Positions 10,796 through 20,618 of a DNA stretch of 64,000 nt are shown piece by piece. Origin of the DNA: Candidatus Bathyarchaeia archaeon (GTDB taxonomy: Archaea > Thermoproteota > Bathyarchaeia > 40CM-2-53-6); the NCBI GenBank assembly GCA_049517415.1, contig JBEKSC010000002.1:64001-128000 (forward strand), in the 5' to 3' direction. How positions within the stretch are numbered: the stretch's first letter is position 1; every line of letters starts with the position of its first letter. Made by a program: the position numbers and the translations under genes. The notes under the pieces were generated by a model. That model was not told the origin of the DNA. It saw only the letters and a list, made by a program, of their open reading frames with translations, and made no database searches.

Positions 10796-11779
10796 ATGAA
10801 ACGATGGATACGGAACTTACTGATTATAGCTCTGCTCGCATTCCCATTCGCCTTCATTGCGCTAGATTACCTCGAAGACCTTACCGAGACAGGTTCGGGG
10901 AGCCCAGTTGAAGAAATAATCTCTTCGATGTTGAACCTTCCGCAACTTGTGATCAACTTAGCTACGGTGGGCGGTTATACCGGGATCTTCGCACTAATGT
11001 TGCTGGAAGCCGCCGCTTTCCCTGTTCCCAGCGAGATAATTCTACCATTAGCTGGGTACTTGGTTTCGCGAGGAGTATTGGGGTTCTGGTTGGTTGTTGC
11101 ATATAGCACAGTTGCCGCCATCGTAGGGTCATTCATCGACTTCTTTCTAGGCTGGAAACTTGGCAGCCCATTTCTGAGCGGAGAGGCAAGGTTACCCTAC
11201 ATCGATGCAAGGCATCTGCAGAGAACGCGCGGTTGGTTCGAGAGATATGGGCCAGTGGCGGTTGCGTTATGCCGGCTGGTTCCCGCGGCGCGAGTCTTGA
11301 TCTCCTTTCCAGCAGGCGCATACAGGATGAGTAAGTGGAAGTTCGTACTCTACACTACCGCGGGCTGCCTGCCTTGGAACATAACGCTCGTCTACTTGGG
11401 ATGGTGGCTCGGCTCCTCGTGGGGAGAAGTCGTTGGCGCTTTCAGATACATCAATGTCGTCGTTTACGTTCTCCTAATACTTCTCGTGATTTGGGTTGGG
11501 TGGAGGCTGACGGCAAAAAGGAAACCCTCTGCTAATTCATTCATTAGTTTTCTTTTAGGGCTCTGTAAAGTTCATCCACCCGACGCTTCGTCACCCAGTC
11601 CTTGTGGTGCCGAAATCCGCCCCCGAAAGTTTTCGGGATATGCAGCAATTCGTGGATCAAGGTTTTCTCTTTTTCTTCGTAGGGTAATGAGTCGTATTGT
11701 TCAGACAAGACTTCGACTGCATAGTAAGCTGGTTCGCTCAAGGCTTGTTGCCAAATGCGCGGCAACGAGTGGACTCTAG
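10796..11779 (+). CDS. DedA family membrane protein (C-terminus overlaps the opposite-strand gene)
   Basis: LEAAAFPVPSEIILPLAG, FERYG, RLVPAARVLISFPAGAYRM; homology appears to end near 11530. Confidence 0.88.
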   Translation: MKRWIRNLLIIALLAFPFAFIALDYLEDLTETGSGSPVEEIISSMLNLPQLVINLATVGGYTGIFALMLLEAAAFPVPSEIILPLAGYLVSRGVLGFWLVVAYSTVAAIVGSFIDFFLGWKLGSPFLSGEARLPYIDARHLQRTRGWFERYGPVAVALCRLVPAARVLISFPAGAYRMSKWKFVLYTTAGCLPWNITLVYLGWWLGSSWGEVVGAFRYINVVVYVLLILLVIWVGWRLTAKRKPSANSFISFLLGLCKVHPPDASSPSPCGAEIRPRKFSGYAAIRGSRFSLFLRRVMSRIVQTRLRLHSKLVRSRLVAKCAATSGL

Positions 11780-11918
11780 CTATGACGTTGCCTGCCTTTG
11801 ACCCGTAGCTTCGGTAGCAGTAAACCCGATTCTTCGGAATATGCGTGAAACCTAGCTTGTCTACGATCTCCACTAGCATCTCGGATACGTCGGGTGCACG
11901 TTCGTAACGAAATTGCAT
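11544..11918 (-). CDS. putative zinc metallopeptidase (archaeal)
   Basis: TLIHELLHIP HExxH; likely start MQFRYERAPD. Confidence 0.8.
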   Translation of the reverse strand: MQFRYERAPDVSEMLVEIVDKLGFTHIPKNRVYCYRSYGSKAGNVIARVHSLPRIWQQALSEPAYYAVEVLSEQYDSLPYEEKEKTLIHELLHIPKTFGGGFRHHKDWVTKRRVDELYRALKEN

Positions 11919-11988
11919 GGACACCAGAATATCATACATGTCTAAAATGTGATTGGCCAAGTTCTTTGAAATGAATGCCGAGAAGCGT

Positions 11989-12504
11989 TTAGGTGTTTGA
12001 CTTAATCAGCGCGAGAGCCGTTTCCACCGCTTTCTGCGGGGTATTCTCTCCGAGGATCCGTTCGACCTTGCGATCGTCGATGTAAGTGTCCACTAGCCGG
12101 TCAGCCATTCCCCCAGTCCCTTTCAGGGCTATGATCGGTATCCCCTTCTGGTAGGCCGCTGCCACTTCGATCATAGTTCCCGCCCCGCCCGCAACGATTA
12201 TGATTGCATCCGCAGAGTAAGAGGTCACGAAATCCCTGGCGAAGCCTATTCCAGTTGCAATAACCGCGTCGCAGAATTCGTTCGCTGCCCTCTTATCGTC
12301 TTGAGGTACAATGCCTATCACGAAGCCGCCACCGTCCTTAGCGCCGCGGCTAGCTGCCTCCATCACCCCGCCCAGCCCACCGCTGAGCAGAAGCGCGCCG
12401 CGTCTTGCAACCTCCAACCCCACTTGGTAAGCCGCTTGGTATGCGACCTCGGAGCAATTGTCTTTATTGGAGCCGATAACCAGAATTTGTACGCGTCTGA
12501 GCAT
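11989..12504 (-). CDS. LOG/SLOG family protein (TIGR00725-like)
   Basis: SGGLGGVMEAASRGA, GIGFARD, GGAGTMIE. Confidence 0.88.
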   Translation of the reverse strand: MLRRVQILVIGSNKDNCSEVAYQAAYQVGLEVARRGALLLSGGLGGVMEAASRGAKDGGGFVIGIVPQDDKRAANEFCDAVIATGIGFARDFVTSYSADAIIIVAGGAGTMIEVAAAYQKGIPIIALKGTGGMADRLVDTYIDDRKVERILGENTPQKAVETALALIKSNT

Positions 12505-12529
12505 CTAGATCACTTGACGAGTTCTGGAG

Positions 12530-13129
12530 CTACTGTACTGGCTCAGCTTCAATCCTTCTACGTATCTCCGCCACTAATGTTTTCACTGATGCAAGTTGGA
12601 TTTGGTCGAGTTTCGAGAGGATGTCTTCTACGATTAGCGCCTTTCGTACATGCACGTTTCCCAGCAAATATTCTTCGTAGGCCCAGAGAAGTGCCTCAAT
12701 TTTGTCGGCTGCTTTCACAATATTTACCTCGGTTAGCGAAGTTTCTCGGCTTGACCTGCGCAGTCGAATATACTCGTGGGCGAGGCTTGGCGGCAAGCTT
12801 CCCATCAGGTTCTCGAACCACTCAAGGGCACGGTTATCCAATTTCTCCGCGAAAGCCGCATCCTGGTGCTTGAAGGGGTGGTGAATGTCTCCGGTTCGGG
12901 CCTCCTCGGCATCGTGCAAGAGCGCCATTCTAAGTAACCGCTCCACGTCAACTCTAGTGCCCTTCTCCTGTTCGAGGTCTCCCAGAACCATAGCGTACAA
13001 GGCCGTAAAGTAGGAATGTTGCGCCACATCTTCGCGGAAATGGCATTTGTAAACGCTAAACCGACCAACGGTCATTAGCGACCTGATGGCTAATAGAAAA
13101 TCGAGGACTTCCGGATTCAAAAGTGTCAC
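12530..13129 (-). CDS. HD-domain 5'-deoxynucleotidase (YfbR-like)
   Basis: EDVAQHS, ALLHDAEEARTGDI, VKAADKIE. Confidence 0.88.
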   Translation of the reverse strand: MTLLNPEVLDFLLAIRSLMTVGRFSVYKCHFREDVAQHSYFTALYAMVLGDLEQEKGTRVDVERLLRMALLHDAEEARTGDIHHPFKHQDAAFAEKLDNRALEWFENLMGSLPPSLAHEYIRLRRSSRETSLTEVNIVKAADKIEALLWAYEEYLLGNVHVRKALIVEDILSKLDQIQLASVKTLVAEIRRRIEAEPVQ

Positions 13130-13159
13130 TCGAGTCTAGGAAGAATCGTCTGGCGTATT

Positions 13160-13699
13160 CTAGCTTTCTACATGCTTCAAGCTCTTTTCCAGCGTGAGTG
13201 AGTTCAGCCGCTGGACTTCAGGAATGTCATAATACTTGATCAGAACTTCCTGCGGGTTACTCGATTCTCTATACCCATGCTTCTGGTAGAAGGAAATTGC
13301 CCATGACGCCTTGGTGTAAGTTCCGATTATAATCCTAGTGACCCTGTTCGAATTGGCTATGGTGTCTTCAATGCGGGTCAGCAAGAGGGTGCCGATGCCT
13401 CTACCTTGCGATTCAGGACGGGTGTAAGCATGCCTGATGAGCGCTACGTCTTCAACGAATTCGTACCCCATTACCCCGAGCACGTGGCCTTTTTCTTCAT
13501 ATGCGAGGAAGGAGACCCTCTTCATTTCCCGTTCCAATTCATCCATGGGCATCTGCGGGTCATGGTAAACGTAAGGCGGCAAGACAGGTTGGTACGCCTT
13601 CGCCGCCTCATTGATGACTCTGTAGATTGCCTCAAGGTCCCGAGGGGAACATTCTCTGATGGTTCCTAGAGGAGAGGACATCTCGATCAAGAGCTTCAA
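13160..13699 (-). CDS. GNAT family N-acetyltransferase
   Basis: YTRPESQGRGIGTLLL, AISFYQKHGY. Confidence 0.9.
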   Translation of the reverse strand: MKLLIEMSSPLGTIRECSPRDLEAIYRVINEAAKAYQPVLPPYVYHDPQMPMDELEREMKRVSFLAYEEKGHVLGVMGYEFVEDVALIRHAYTRPESQGRGIGTLLLTRIEDTIANSNRVTRIIIGTYTKASWAISFYQKHGYRESSNPQEVLIKYYDIPEVQRLNSLTLEKSLKHVES

Positions 13700-14053
13700 T
13701 TAGCTAGGAGCATCTGAGACTCAGACTCAAACGCCTCATTTTGGGGAATCTCAACTATAAGCCGTTAAGTCTCAAAATGGGGCCGCGAGTAGGGCCAAAC
13801 CCCCCTTACCCGTCTTATTAGGCCCAAGGCTTTCTCCCCGTATTCATGCGAATTTAAGGGGAAATACGCCTCTGTAGCCGTCTAATAGACGCTCGAACAT
13901 GTGAAATTCAACGCCCCGACTCGGGCTGGGTACGCACGTGGCAGTGTCCAATTGAAAAATTGAGTCTCATTCTTGAGAAAGAAACGAAGCCAGAACGCGA
14001 TTCGCACGTCTTGGCCCAGGATTAAGGTCGCCTAACTGTCTGGAGGTGATTGC

Positions 14054-14296
14054 ATGGCTAGAACGAGTATGCTCACACAAAGGTCAATCGTTGCTGACGA
14101 TACGCTCTCGATGCTTACCGGCCAACCAAGGGGTGCTCTTCTGAGCTACACCGAGCTTACCAAGATGATGCACCAGTACATCAGAACGAAACAACTCAGG
14201 CTCAAAGCTTGCCCGAGTTGCAACGCTCCAATCCCAGGCTACGCGACCTTCTGTGACAAGTGCGGTAAGGACGTAACACCAATACAAATCAAGTAA
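14054..14296 (+). CDS. small SWIB/MDM2-like domain protein fused to a zinc ribbon
   Basis: SD GGAGGTGA; LSYTELTKMMHQYIRTKQL followed by CPSC...FCDKCG. Confidence 0.65.
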   Translation: MARTSMLTQRSIVADDTLSMLTGQPRGALLSYTELTKMMHQYIRTKQLRLKACPSCNAPIPGYATFCDKCGKDVTPIQIK

Positions 14297-14320
14297 ACTC
14301 GGAAAAGTAACACAACTATA

Positions 14321-14343
14321 CCTTTTTTCCTTTTTTTGTTCCT
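14321..14343 (+). terminator. oligo-T archaeal terminator
   Basis: ccttttttcctttttttgttcc about 25 nt after the stop at 14296. Confidence 0.6.
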
Positions 14344-14703
14344 TGCAATTTATGCTGAGATGCAGAGAGGTTTGTCGGGTAACCTCTACTGAGACCCGTA
14401 AGTCAAGAATCTGAAGGCATTCTAGGCCGCTTGCCTGCGCTGTTGCAGATCGGCCATTTCTGAAAGCGCCCAATGTCGTCCTTGCCGATTATCCAGGTTC
14501 CGCAGCTTCCCAAACATTTTGGGCAAATGTCAGTGTCCGGTTTCTTGACTGAGAGTTCAGCAGTTGGCATACCGTCTCGTTGGTCAATTGGCGGGATTAG
14601 GCTATGAGGTGTGGGAATTGTCGGCTGAGTTCTACGAAAGTAAGTTATGGTCTGAGCGGAGCCAACAATCTAGTTGAGTATGGTTCATCTGGTGTCGGGC
14701 AGG

Positions 14704-17244
14704 TCATTCGCTCAGGGTGGCGAGCGCCTCCAACGGAATTGCTTCAACCTTTCTGTAGACCATTCCGGGTTTCGCTACATGCCCCTCAACTTTTAGCAGG
14801 TCTTCCACTTTGACTCCGAATAGTTTCTGGTTCTCCTGAAGGTAGGGCAAGATCAGGTTCCAGTCAGCGGTTTCAACGGAAGTTAATTGGCCTCCGTTCA
14901 ATTGATCCAGGCCAACCTTCCTGGACGGGTCTCTGACGTATATTGCTCCGCCGGAAGCGAGGGAGAAGAGGTTGCCGCCGGGGTATGGTGTTTCAAGTTC
15001 ACGGATTCGGCCGTCATCCTCTAACGCTATTCCGTTAACAATTATGAAGCCGCCCCCATTTAGGGGGTCGCCTGCCATGAAAGATTCGGCTAGGTAGTCG
15101 AGGCATGTGCCGTTTATCACGACACGCGGGCGACCAACGGCGTTGATGAGTGGTCGGCCAGCTGCGTTGCCTAAGACGTAGACGTCGCCGCCTTTGGCAG
15201 CGTACATGAACGTTTGACCAACATCCCCGAAGATAACCAGTTTTCCGGACTTCATGATCTGGGCAACTTGGTCTTGGGCTGAGGTGTGGACGTAGATTTC
15301 GGCGCCATCAAGCCCCGAACCTAAATAATCGCCCGGGTTTCCGAAGACGTCGATTCGAAAGCCTTCCGAATGCTCACCCAACCCTGCACCGCAGAACCGC
15401 TGCCCACGCCAATCAAAAGACATCACATGCTTCCAACCTTGCTTATAGGCGGCTACAATCATGGCTGAAGCCGAACCCTCACCTTCCGCCCCGAAGCCTG
15501 AAACATCAAGCAAAAGCGTGTCCTCACTCTTGGTGGGGGACCGCAGCGAACCCCTGTTTGCTGAATTGACCAAGACCCATCCCGAACCGTTCTGGTCCGC
15601 CAGTTGCGGAAATTCCCTAAGGATATTGAAGAGCGATAATTCCAGCTGTGCGTGGATCCTCCCTTCCTTAGCGTATGGAATCAGGTGAAGAGAGTCTAAC
15701 ACCCAGGTCAGAATTTCTACACTCTTTACTTTCTCGCTGTACCCGTTTTTCGCCGCGTTCGCTAGGTTCACGCAGAGGTCTTCAATGGATTTTGCGCCCG
15801 CTCGAGCCTCAGCTAGCTGTTCCGCGAAATTGTCTGGCGCAAATCTCAAAGTTTCATTTAGAAGTTCATTTGTTGGCTTCTTGGCTGGGACGGAAACTTC
15901 GCGCCCGAATTTATCTGTGCATTTCAGTTGAGGCGTCGCGGATGATCTGTCGACGGTGAAGATGAAAGCGCCTCCGTCCGTGTAGCTTCCGCCTCTTGCA
16001 TTCCAGTAAAGGTCAGCTTTGGCTGCGAATCGCGAATCCTCGCCGGCGAGGCTCTTGAGGCAGGCGTCAATTGCCTGGCGTTCGGAAGCGATCAGGCCGA
16101 TCTTGACTGGACCATCTTGTAATGCGAATACTTGGGGTCGAAGCATTGACGTGTCGGTTATGCCCAATAGGTGCAGCTTGCTTCCGTTCTCTTCGCTTCG
16201 ACCAACTATGAAGAACCATGGCCCATCGGGTGAACCGTGAATATGTGCAGTCTGAATCTCCCGATAGAGAGACCTCTTGTCTTCGGGAAGCATGTAGAAG
16301 TCACGTTCCGTTGTCGGCGCCATCGCCTCAATCAAAACTTCAATCGGGTAACCGTACACTCTCCTCCAAAGGTCGAAGAGATAGACCGCGACCTCCGTGT
16401 CGGTCAGGAAGAGCGGGTAGATTTTTCGTTGGGCAAGGTATTCACAGATTGAATGGTAGTTCGAGAAGTCGCCGTTGTGCACTAGTGCCTCGTGGAGGCC
16501 GACGAAGGGATGTGCGCCGCCGGGATGCCAAACCTTACCCTTTGTAGGATAACGGTGGTGTCCGATCCAGACATGTGCCTTGAAATCCTCCAACTTGTAA
16601 TAGCGTATGACTTGGTCTCCCCAACCAACAATCTTCAGGACCATCATGTCCTTTCCATGCGAAAGGACGAACGCCTTCTTCTCACCGAGGGATGCGTAGA
16701 ATTTCTTATTCAGAGCGTAACTGTTCTGGAAGACGAACTCGTCTTCGGCAAGTTTGCGATCCAAGATTCCGCTCTTATTCATGAATTGGCTGAGGACATC
16801 TTCCTTCACCCGGCAGAAATAGCGGCGAACGGCTGGAGGTTTCACCTGTAATCCGGGTATACTCTTGTGGTCGGGTATGGCCCCAAGCCATTCGGCTGAG
16901 TCGACTCTTAGGTTCGGTAGGATGAATTCATTCTCGACCACGCTGCTTGCTGAAGGGTCGAGGTATGCGATTTGGATTAGGTAGTCTTCGCGAAGAACCT
17001 CTTCTGATACTCCGAGCTGTTCCGGTGAGAGGCCTAGGGCTGCGATTCCGCCTCCCTTTCCGTTTCCGCGGTTCTTCATTTGGAGGAGGGCTTGGAGGAA
17101 GTGTTTGCCAGCGATTGGTTCTGAACAGGCAGCGCCAACTACACCGCACCCGCCTTCAGCCTCAACCCTTCGGCTGAGACTCATCCCCTCAACTAGCCTG
17201 GCCCGGGATTTGATGATGCTTGTGGCTGAATGCATTCTGCTCAC
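14704..17244 (-). CDS. glutamate synthase-type subunit: class II glutamine amidotransferase fused to a GXGXG beta-helix
   Basis: EAEGGCGVVG (catalytic Cys after a propeptide), GHHRYPT, HPF, LVHNGDF, DTE, GXGXG repeats. Confidence 0.88.
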   Translation of the reverse strand: MSRMHSATSIIKSRARLVEGMSLSRRVEAEGGCGVVGAACSEPIAGKHFLQALLQMKNRGNGKGGGIAALGLSPEQLGVSEEVLREDYLIQIAYLDPSASSVVENEFILPNLRVDSAEWLGAIPDHKSIPGLQVKPPAVRRYFCRVKEDVLSQFMNKSGILDRKLAEDEFVFQNSYALNKKFYASLGEKKAFVLSHGKDMMVLKIVGWGDQVIRYYKLEDFKAHVWIGHHRYPTKGKVWHPGGAHPFVGLHEALVHNGDFSNYHSICEYLAQRKIYPLFLTDTEVAVYLFDLWRRVYGYPIEVLIEAMAPTTERDFYMLPEDKRSLYREIQTAHIHGSPDGPWFFIVGRSEENGSKLHLLGITDTSMLRPQVFALQDGPVKIGLIASERQAIDACLKSLAGEDSRFAAKADLYWNARGGSYTDGGAFIFTVDRSSATPQLKCTDKFGREVSVPAKKPTNELLNETLRFAPDNFAEQLAEARAGAKSIEDLCVNLANAAKNGYSEKVKSVEILTWVLDSLHLIPYAKEGRIHAQLELSLFNILREFPQLADQNGSGWVLVNSANRGSLRSPTKSEDTLLLDVSGFGAEGEGSASAMIVAAYKQGWKHVMSFDWRGQRFCGAGLGEHSEGFRIDVFGNPGDYLGSGLDGAEIYVHTSAQDQVAQIMKSGKLVIFGDVGQTFMYAAKGGDVYVLGNAAGRPLINAVGRPRVVINGTCLDYLAESFMAGDPLNGGGFIIVNGIALEDDGRIRELETPYPGGNLFSLASGGAIYVRDPSRKVGLDQLNGGQLTSVETADWNLILPYLQENQKLFGVKVEDLLKVEGHVAKPGMVYRKVEAIPLEALATLSE

Positions 17245-18500
17245 CTGTAGACCAGCAGGTCAGTTCTTCCCCTGAGTTCCTTGATCGAGCGGAGGCCGAG
17301 GCCTGCTAGGATGGTTTTCCACTGCTCGACCCACGAAGTGTAGAGGTTGATAATCCTTTGAGCGCCCCATTGTGGGTCAATGAGCAAAGTGAGTTCGGGA
17401 TCGGTTGTTGTGATTCCTACTTGGCAACCCCTTCCGCGCTCGCAGTTGCCGCAATGCGTGCATCCAACCGCAACAGCTTCAGCCGTCCCAATTACGCACC
17501 CGTCAGCCCCGAGGGCAATGGCTTTGGCTACATCGTAAGCAGTTCTTATTCCGCCACTCGCTATCACCGTTAACTCGTCCCTCACTCCTTCTGCGGTGAG
17601 GTAGCGGTGAACCCTCGGAATCGCATACTCTATTGGCATGGCGATGTTTTTCTTGGCGATCTCCGGGGCCGCGCCCGTCCCGCCGTAGCCACCGTCGATG
17701 TGCAGGATGTTCGCGTTTGCGTAGTAGCTGCCTATGGCGACCATGTCAACATCGACTGGAGTCGAAACTTTCACGGAAACCAAGCAGTTGGGATTTACGG
17801 CGCGAATCCAGTCGACGTGCTTCTTGTGGTCCTCGACCGAGTAGACGCTGTGAAATGGAAATGGGGAATAGAGTGAGGTGAAGGGCAGTGATTCTCTCAT
17901 GCTGGCGACTTCTGAGGTCACCTTGTCCGCGAGCAGGTGGCCCCCCAAGCCGGGTTTCGCTCCTTGCGCATACTTGAACTCCACAATCCTCGCCGCCTGA
18001 ATCGTCTCCTCGCGTACCCCGAACATTCCGGTCGCGACTTGCGTGATCACGGAATCCTTGTACTCCATGAGCTGCGGTGGGTACCCCCCTTCACCAGTGG
18101 AGGTGAAGGTGTTCAGCCGTCTTGCAGCAATAGCCCTGGCAAGCATGAAGTTGAGGCTGACCGAACCGAATGACATGCCGGCGCCGTAGATTGGGATGGG
18201 AATTGTGATCTTGGGGCCGAAGCTGCGGCGGTTCAATTCTATGGATAAGTCATAGTCTTCGCCTTCCACGCTCGCATTGTCTTGGGTGCTCTTGAAATCG
18301 AGCCGGTCGAAACCTCCGCCTGATTTCCCTACCTTGTACTCAAGTTGGGTGGGAGGCTTGCCCGTCGTGGCTTGGTGGTAGGTTGCGAATATCAACTCCG
18401 AGGTCCAACGCTTGTTTCCAAGCCCGCTCGGAATACGTCCAAGGGTTGGCAGGACTTTGAGCCCGTGGTGGATTAGCTCAGAGTGCTTCTGAACGATCAT
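17241..18500 (-). CDS. glutamate synthase FMN-binding subunit (GltB2-like)
   Basis: GMSFGSVS, TGEGG, QVATGMFGV, KYAQGAKPGLGGHL, GGTGAAP, CTHCGNC..RGC; likely start MIVQKH at 18500. Confidence 0.92.
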   Translation of the reverse strand: MIVQKHSELIHHGLKVLPTLGRIPSGLGNKRWTSELIFATYHQATTGKPPTQLEYKVGKSGGGFDRLDFKSTQDNASVEGEDYDLSIELNRRSFGPKITIPIPIYGAGMSFGSVSLNFMLARAIAARRLNTFTSTGEGGYPPQLMEYKDSVITQVATGMFGVREETIQAARIVEFKYAQGAKPGLGGHLLADKVTSEVASMRESLPFTSLYSPFPFHSVYSVEDHKKHVDWIRAVNPNCLVSVKVSTPVDVDMVAIGSYYANANILHIDGGYGGTGAAPEIAKKNIAMPIEYAIPRVHRYLTAEGVRDELTVIASGGIRTAYDVAKAIALGADGCVIGTAEAVAVGCTHCGNCERGRGCQVGITTTDPELTLLIDPQWGAQRIINLYTSWVEQWKTILAGLGLRSIKELRGRTDLLVYR

Positions 18501-18501
18501 T

Positions 18502-19953
18502 TCACGTTCCGTGCGTGATATCGGCAAACGCCTCCTTTTCCAAATCCTCGTTGAACATCGCCCGGCCCACGTCACCCCTTAACCGTCTAACATCGCGCAT
18601 TCCCATCGCGCTTAAAATCTCGATGAGCTGGTCGTGCCACGAAACGAGCAGGTTGACCAAACGCTGTTCCCCCCACCTCGTGTCAAATTTCTCCGGCGCG
18701 ATGCGGCCAGTTTCAGGTGACTTGCACTCGCCCGAGAATTGGGCCTGAAGGGCGATGAGCATGGTTGTATCGATGGCTACGAGGTCGGCACCACAGATTA
18801 TTGCCTTGGGGACGTGTTCAGCGAATATAATTCCCCCGCTCACGATTATTGTCACGTCGTCTCGGAGAGATTCTTTCACAAGCTTGCCGTGGACGGAACG
18901 AACGAGATCCCCGACGAAGGAGGGGTTCTCCTTGCCCCATCCTCGGCCGTGGTAATCTGCGCAAAGATGAATTATGTCCACACCTGCCTGAGCAAGGTCT
19001 ACGGCCGTTTCACCTGAATCGTTTGAGAGTGGAACGCGAACTGAAACGGGCGCTTTCGGGTTTGTTTCTCTAATTTTATCAATTGCTCCCGACTCGTATT
19101 TCGTTAGCTCGATTGCTTGCGCTGCAAGTATCGAACCATCGTTAGCGTTTGCCGGTGATATCATGGGGATTATTCGTTGCGGCTGTGGGGCTGGGATTTG
19201 CTTGATTTGGCTCGGATGTGCGATGAATAGGGTTCCTGTTTTCGTAGCGGCCCCGGCGATTGATTGCAGGATTGATTGGTTGCTTAGGTTTGGTGGCAGG
19301 TAGTCGAAGATTATTGGTATTGCGATTTCGACGTTGCTGGTTGACTGGCTGGGTTTCTGGTTGAAGAATTCTAAAAAGCGCTGTTTCCTTCCTACGTCGA
19401 CTATGGTTGAGATGTATTCCCTTCCGTAGACGCCGTCGCGTGTGGGCCGGACTATTTCTGACATGTCGGTCCACATTGAGTCCCAGCCTGGGCCGGAGAA
19501 GGCTCCTTTGTACCCCATCCCCTTGATCGGAATCTTTCCCGTCTCAGCCTCGTACGAGACCGTAGCTATTGGTGACCCGCTCGCGGTTGCTGGATCCTCA
19601 GGAATCCAGTAGGAGTCTGCGAATTTGTAGAATTCCGGGTTACGGTCGACCGTACAGAAGTCTGGGTACTCCTGAACGCACCGCATGCACCCCGTACATT
19701 TTTTCCTGATGGGGTGAAAACCACCGAACCGGCTGCCAAACACTCCGTAAATGCATGGCCTAGTCATCAGGGCGGCGCGGTACTCTTTTTTCCTTAAGTT
19801 GAATCCGTAATCGAAGACTTCTCGAAGCAACAAGCTTGCGAGGCCGACCTTGCCCACTCTCGGATAGAAGGGATGTGGCTCTTTCCGTCGTGGTAGTGCA
19901 GGCTTTGCCTCAACCTTGTAGCGGACATATGCGCCCGGTTTTTCTGCCTGCAA
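18502..19953 (-). CDS. second, divergent glutamate synthase FMN-domain paralog with an N-terminal Fe-S motif
   Basis: CIYGVF, CTGCMRC, GMGYKG.F.GPGWDSMWTDMSEIVRPTRDG, SGGII, GMRDVRRLRG; lacks GAKPG; start approximate. Confidence 0.82.
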   Translation of the reverse strand: MQAEKPGAYVRYKVEAKPALPRRKEPHPFYPRVGKVGLASLLLREVFDYGFNLRKKEYRAALMTRPCIYGVFGSRFGGFHPIRKKCTGCMRCVQEYPDFCTVDRNPEFYKFADSYWIPEDPATASGSPIATVSYEAETGKIPIKGMGYKGAFSGPGWDSMWTDMSEIVRPTRDGVYGREYISTIVDVGRKQRFLEFFNQKPSQSTSNVEIAIPIIFDYLPPNLSNQSILQSIAGAATKTGTLFIAHPSQIKQIPAPQPQRIIPMISPANANDGSILAAQAIELTKYESGAIDKIRETNPKAPVSVRVPLSNDSGETAVDLAQAGVDIIHLCADYHGRGWGKENPSFVGDLVRSVHGKLVKESLRDDVTIIVSGGIIFAEHVPKAIICGADLVAIDTTMLIALQAQFSGECKSPETGRIAPEKFDTRWGEQRLVNLLVSWHDQLIEILSAMGMRDVRRLRGDVGRAMFNEDLEKEAFADITHGT

Positions 19954-20053
19954 AGCCGGACCGTCGTCTATGCTACTCGCCTGCTCCTGCAAATCTCGCG
20001 CTCCATCGCTGCAACGAACTATAGAACCAGACCGAATACGTTGAACAAATAAA

Positions 20054-20076
20054 TCTATTGAGGAAAAAACAATAGA
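20054..20076. promoter_or_regulatory. inverted repeat in the divergent glutamate synthase / Lrp promoter region
   Basis: TCTATTG-N9-CAATAGA in an AT-rich intergenic region. Confidence 0.4.
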
Positions 20077-20134
20077 CAAATGTACCTCAAATAAACGTAT
20101 TTTCAGATGAACGTGCAAAATATAGGTGTGAAAT

Positions 20135-20596
20135 TTGTCTGCTGCTGAACGTTTGCACATCGATGATGTTGACCGAAAGATTCTGGGCGAGCTTCTTCGT
20201 GATTGCAGGCGGTCTTACAGGTCGCTCGCTCGTCAGGCGGGCGTATCTGTTGGGACCGTTCTCAGCCGCATCCGTAAGCTGGAAAAGGCTGGGGTCATAC
20301 GAAGCTATTCGGCTCTGCTCGACCATGAGAAGCTTGGTTACCAGCTCACCGTCGTAGCAGAAATCACCGTATTGAAGGGAAAGCTGCTTGAGATGGAGGA
20401 GGCGATTGGAAAACTGCCCAATACTTGCGCTGTCTACGACGTCACAGGACTCACGGACGCTCTTGTAATAGCGAAGTTCCATACTCGAGAAGAATTGAGT
20501 AAGTTCACCAAGAATCTTCTAAGCATGCCCTTCGTGGACCGAACCAACACGCACATCGTCTTGACAACGGTTAAGGAAGATTTACGGCTCCTGTAG
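20135..20596 (+). CDS. Lrp/AsnC family transcriptional regulator
   Basis: IDDVDRKIL..L..DCRRSY..LA...GVS..TV..RI.KLE..GVI, VYDVTG. Confidence 0.94.
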   Translation: MSAAERLHIDDVDRKILGELLRDCRRSYRSLARQAGVSVGTVLSRIRKLEKAGVIRSYSALLDHEKLGYQLTVVAEITVLKGKLLEMEEAIGKLPNTCAVYDVTGLTDALVIAKFHTREELSKFTKNLLSMPFVDRTNTHIVLTTVKEDLRLL

Positions 20597-20618
20597 CCCC
20601 GACAGGTCGTCTAGGAAA

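Noticed and set aside
19954..20160. N-terminal extension of the 552-aa ORF (also the extensions at 18501-18575, 42045-42170 and 55001-55132)
   Set aside because: They overlap promoters or neighbouring genes; downstream starts fit better.
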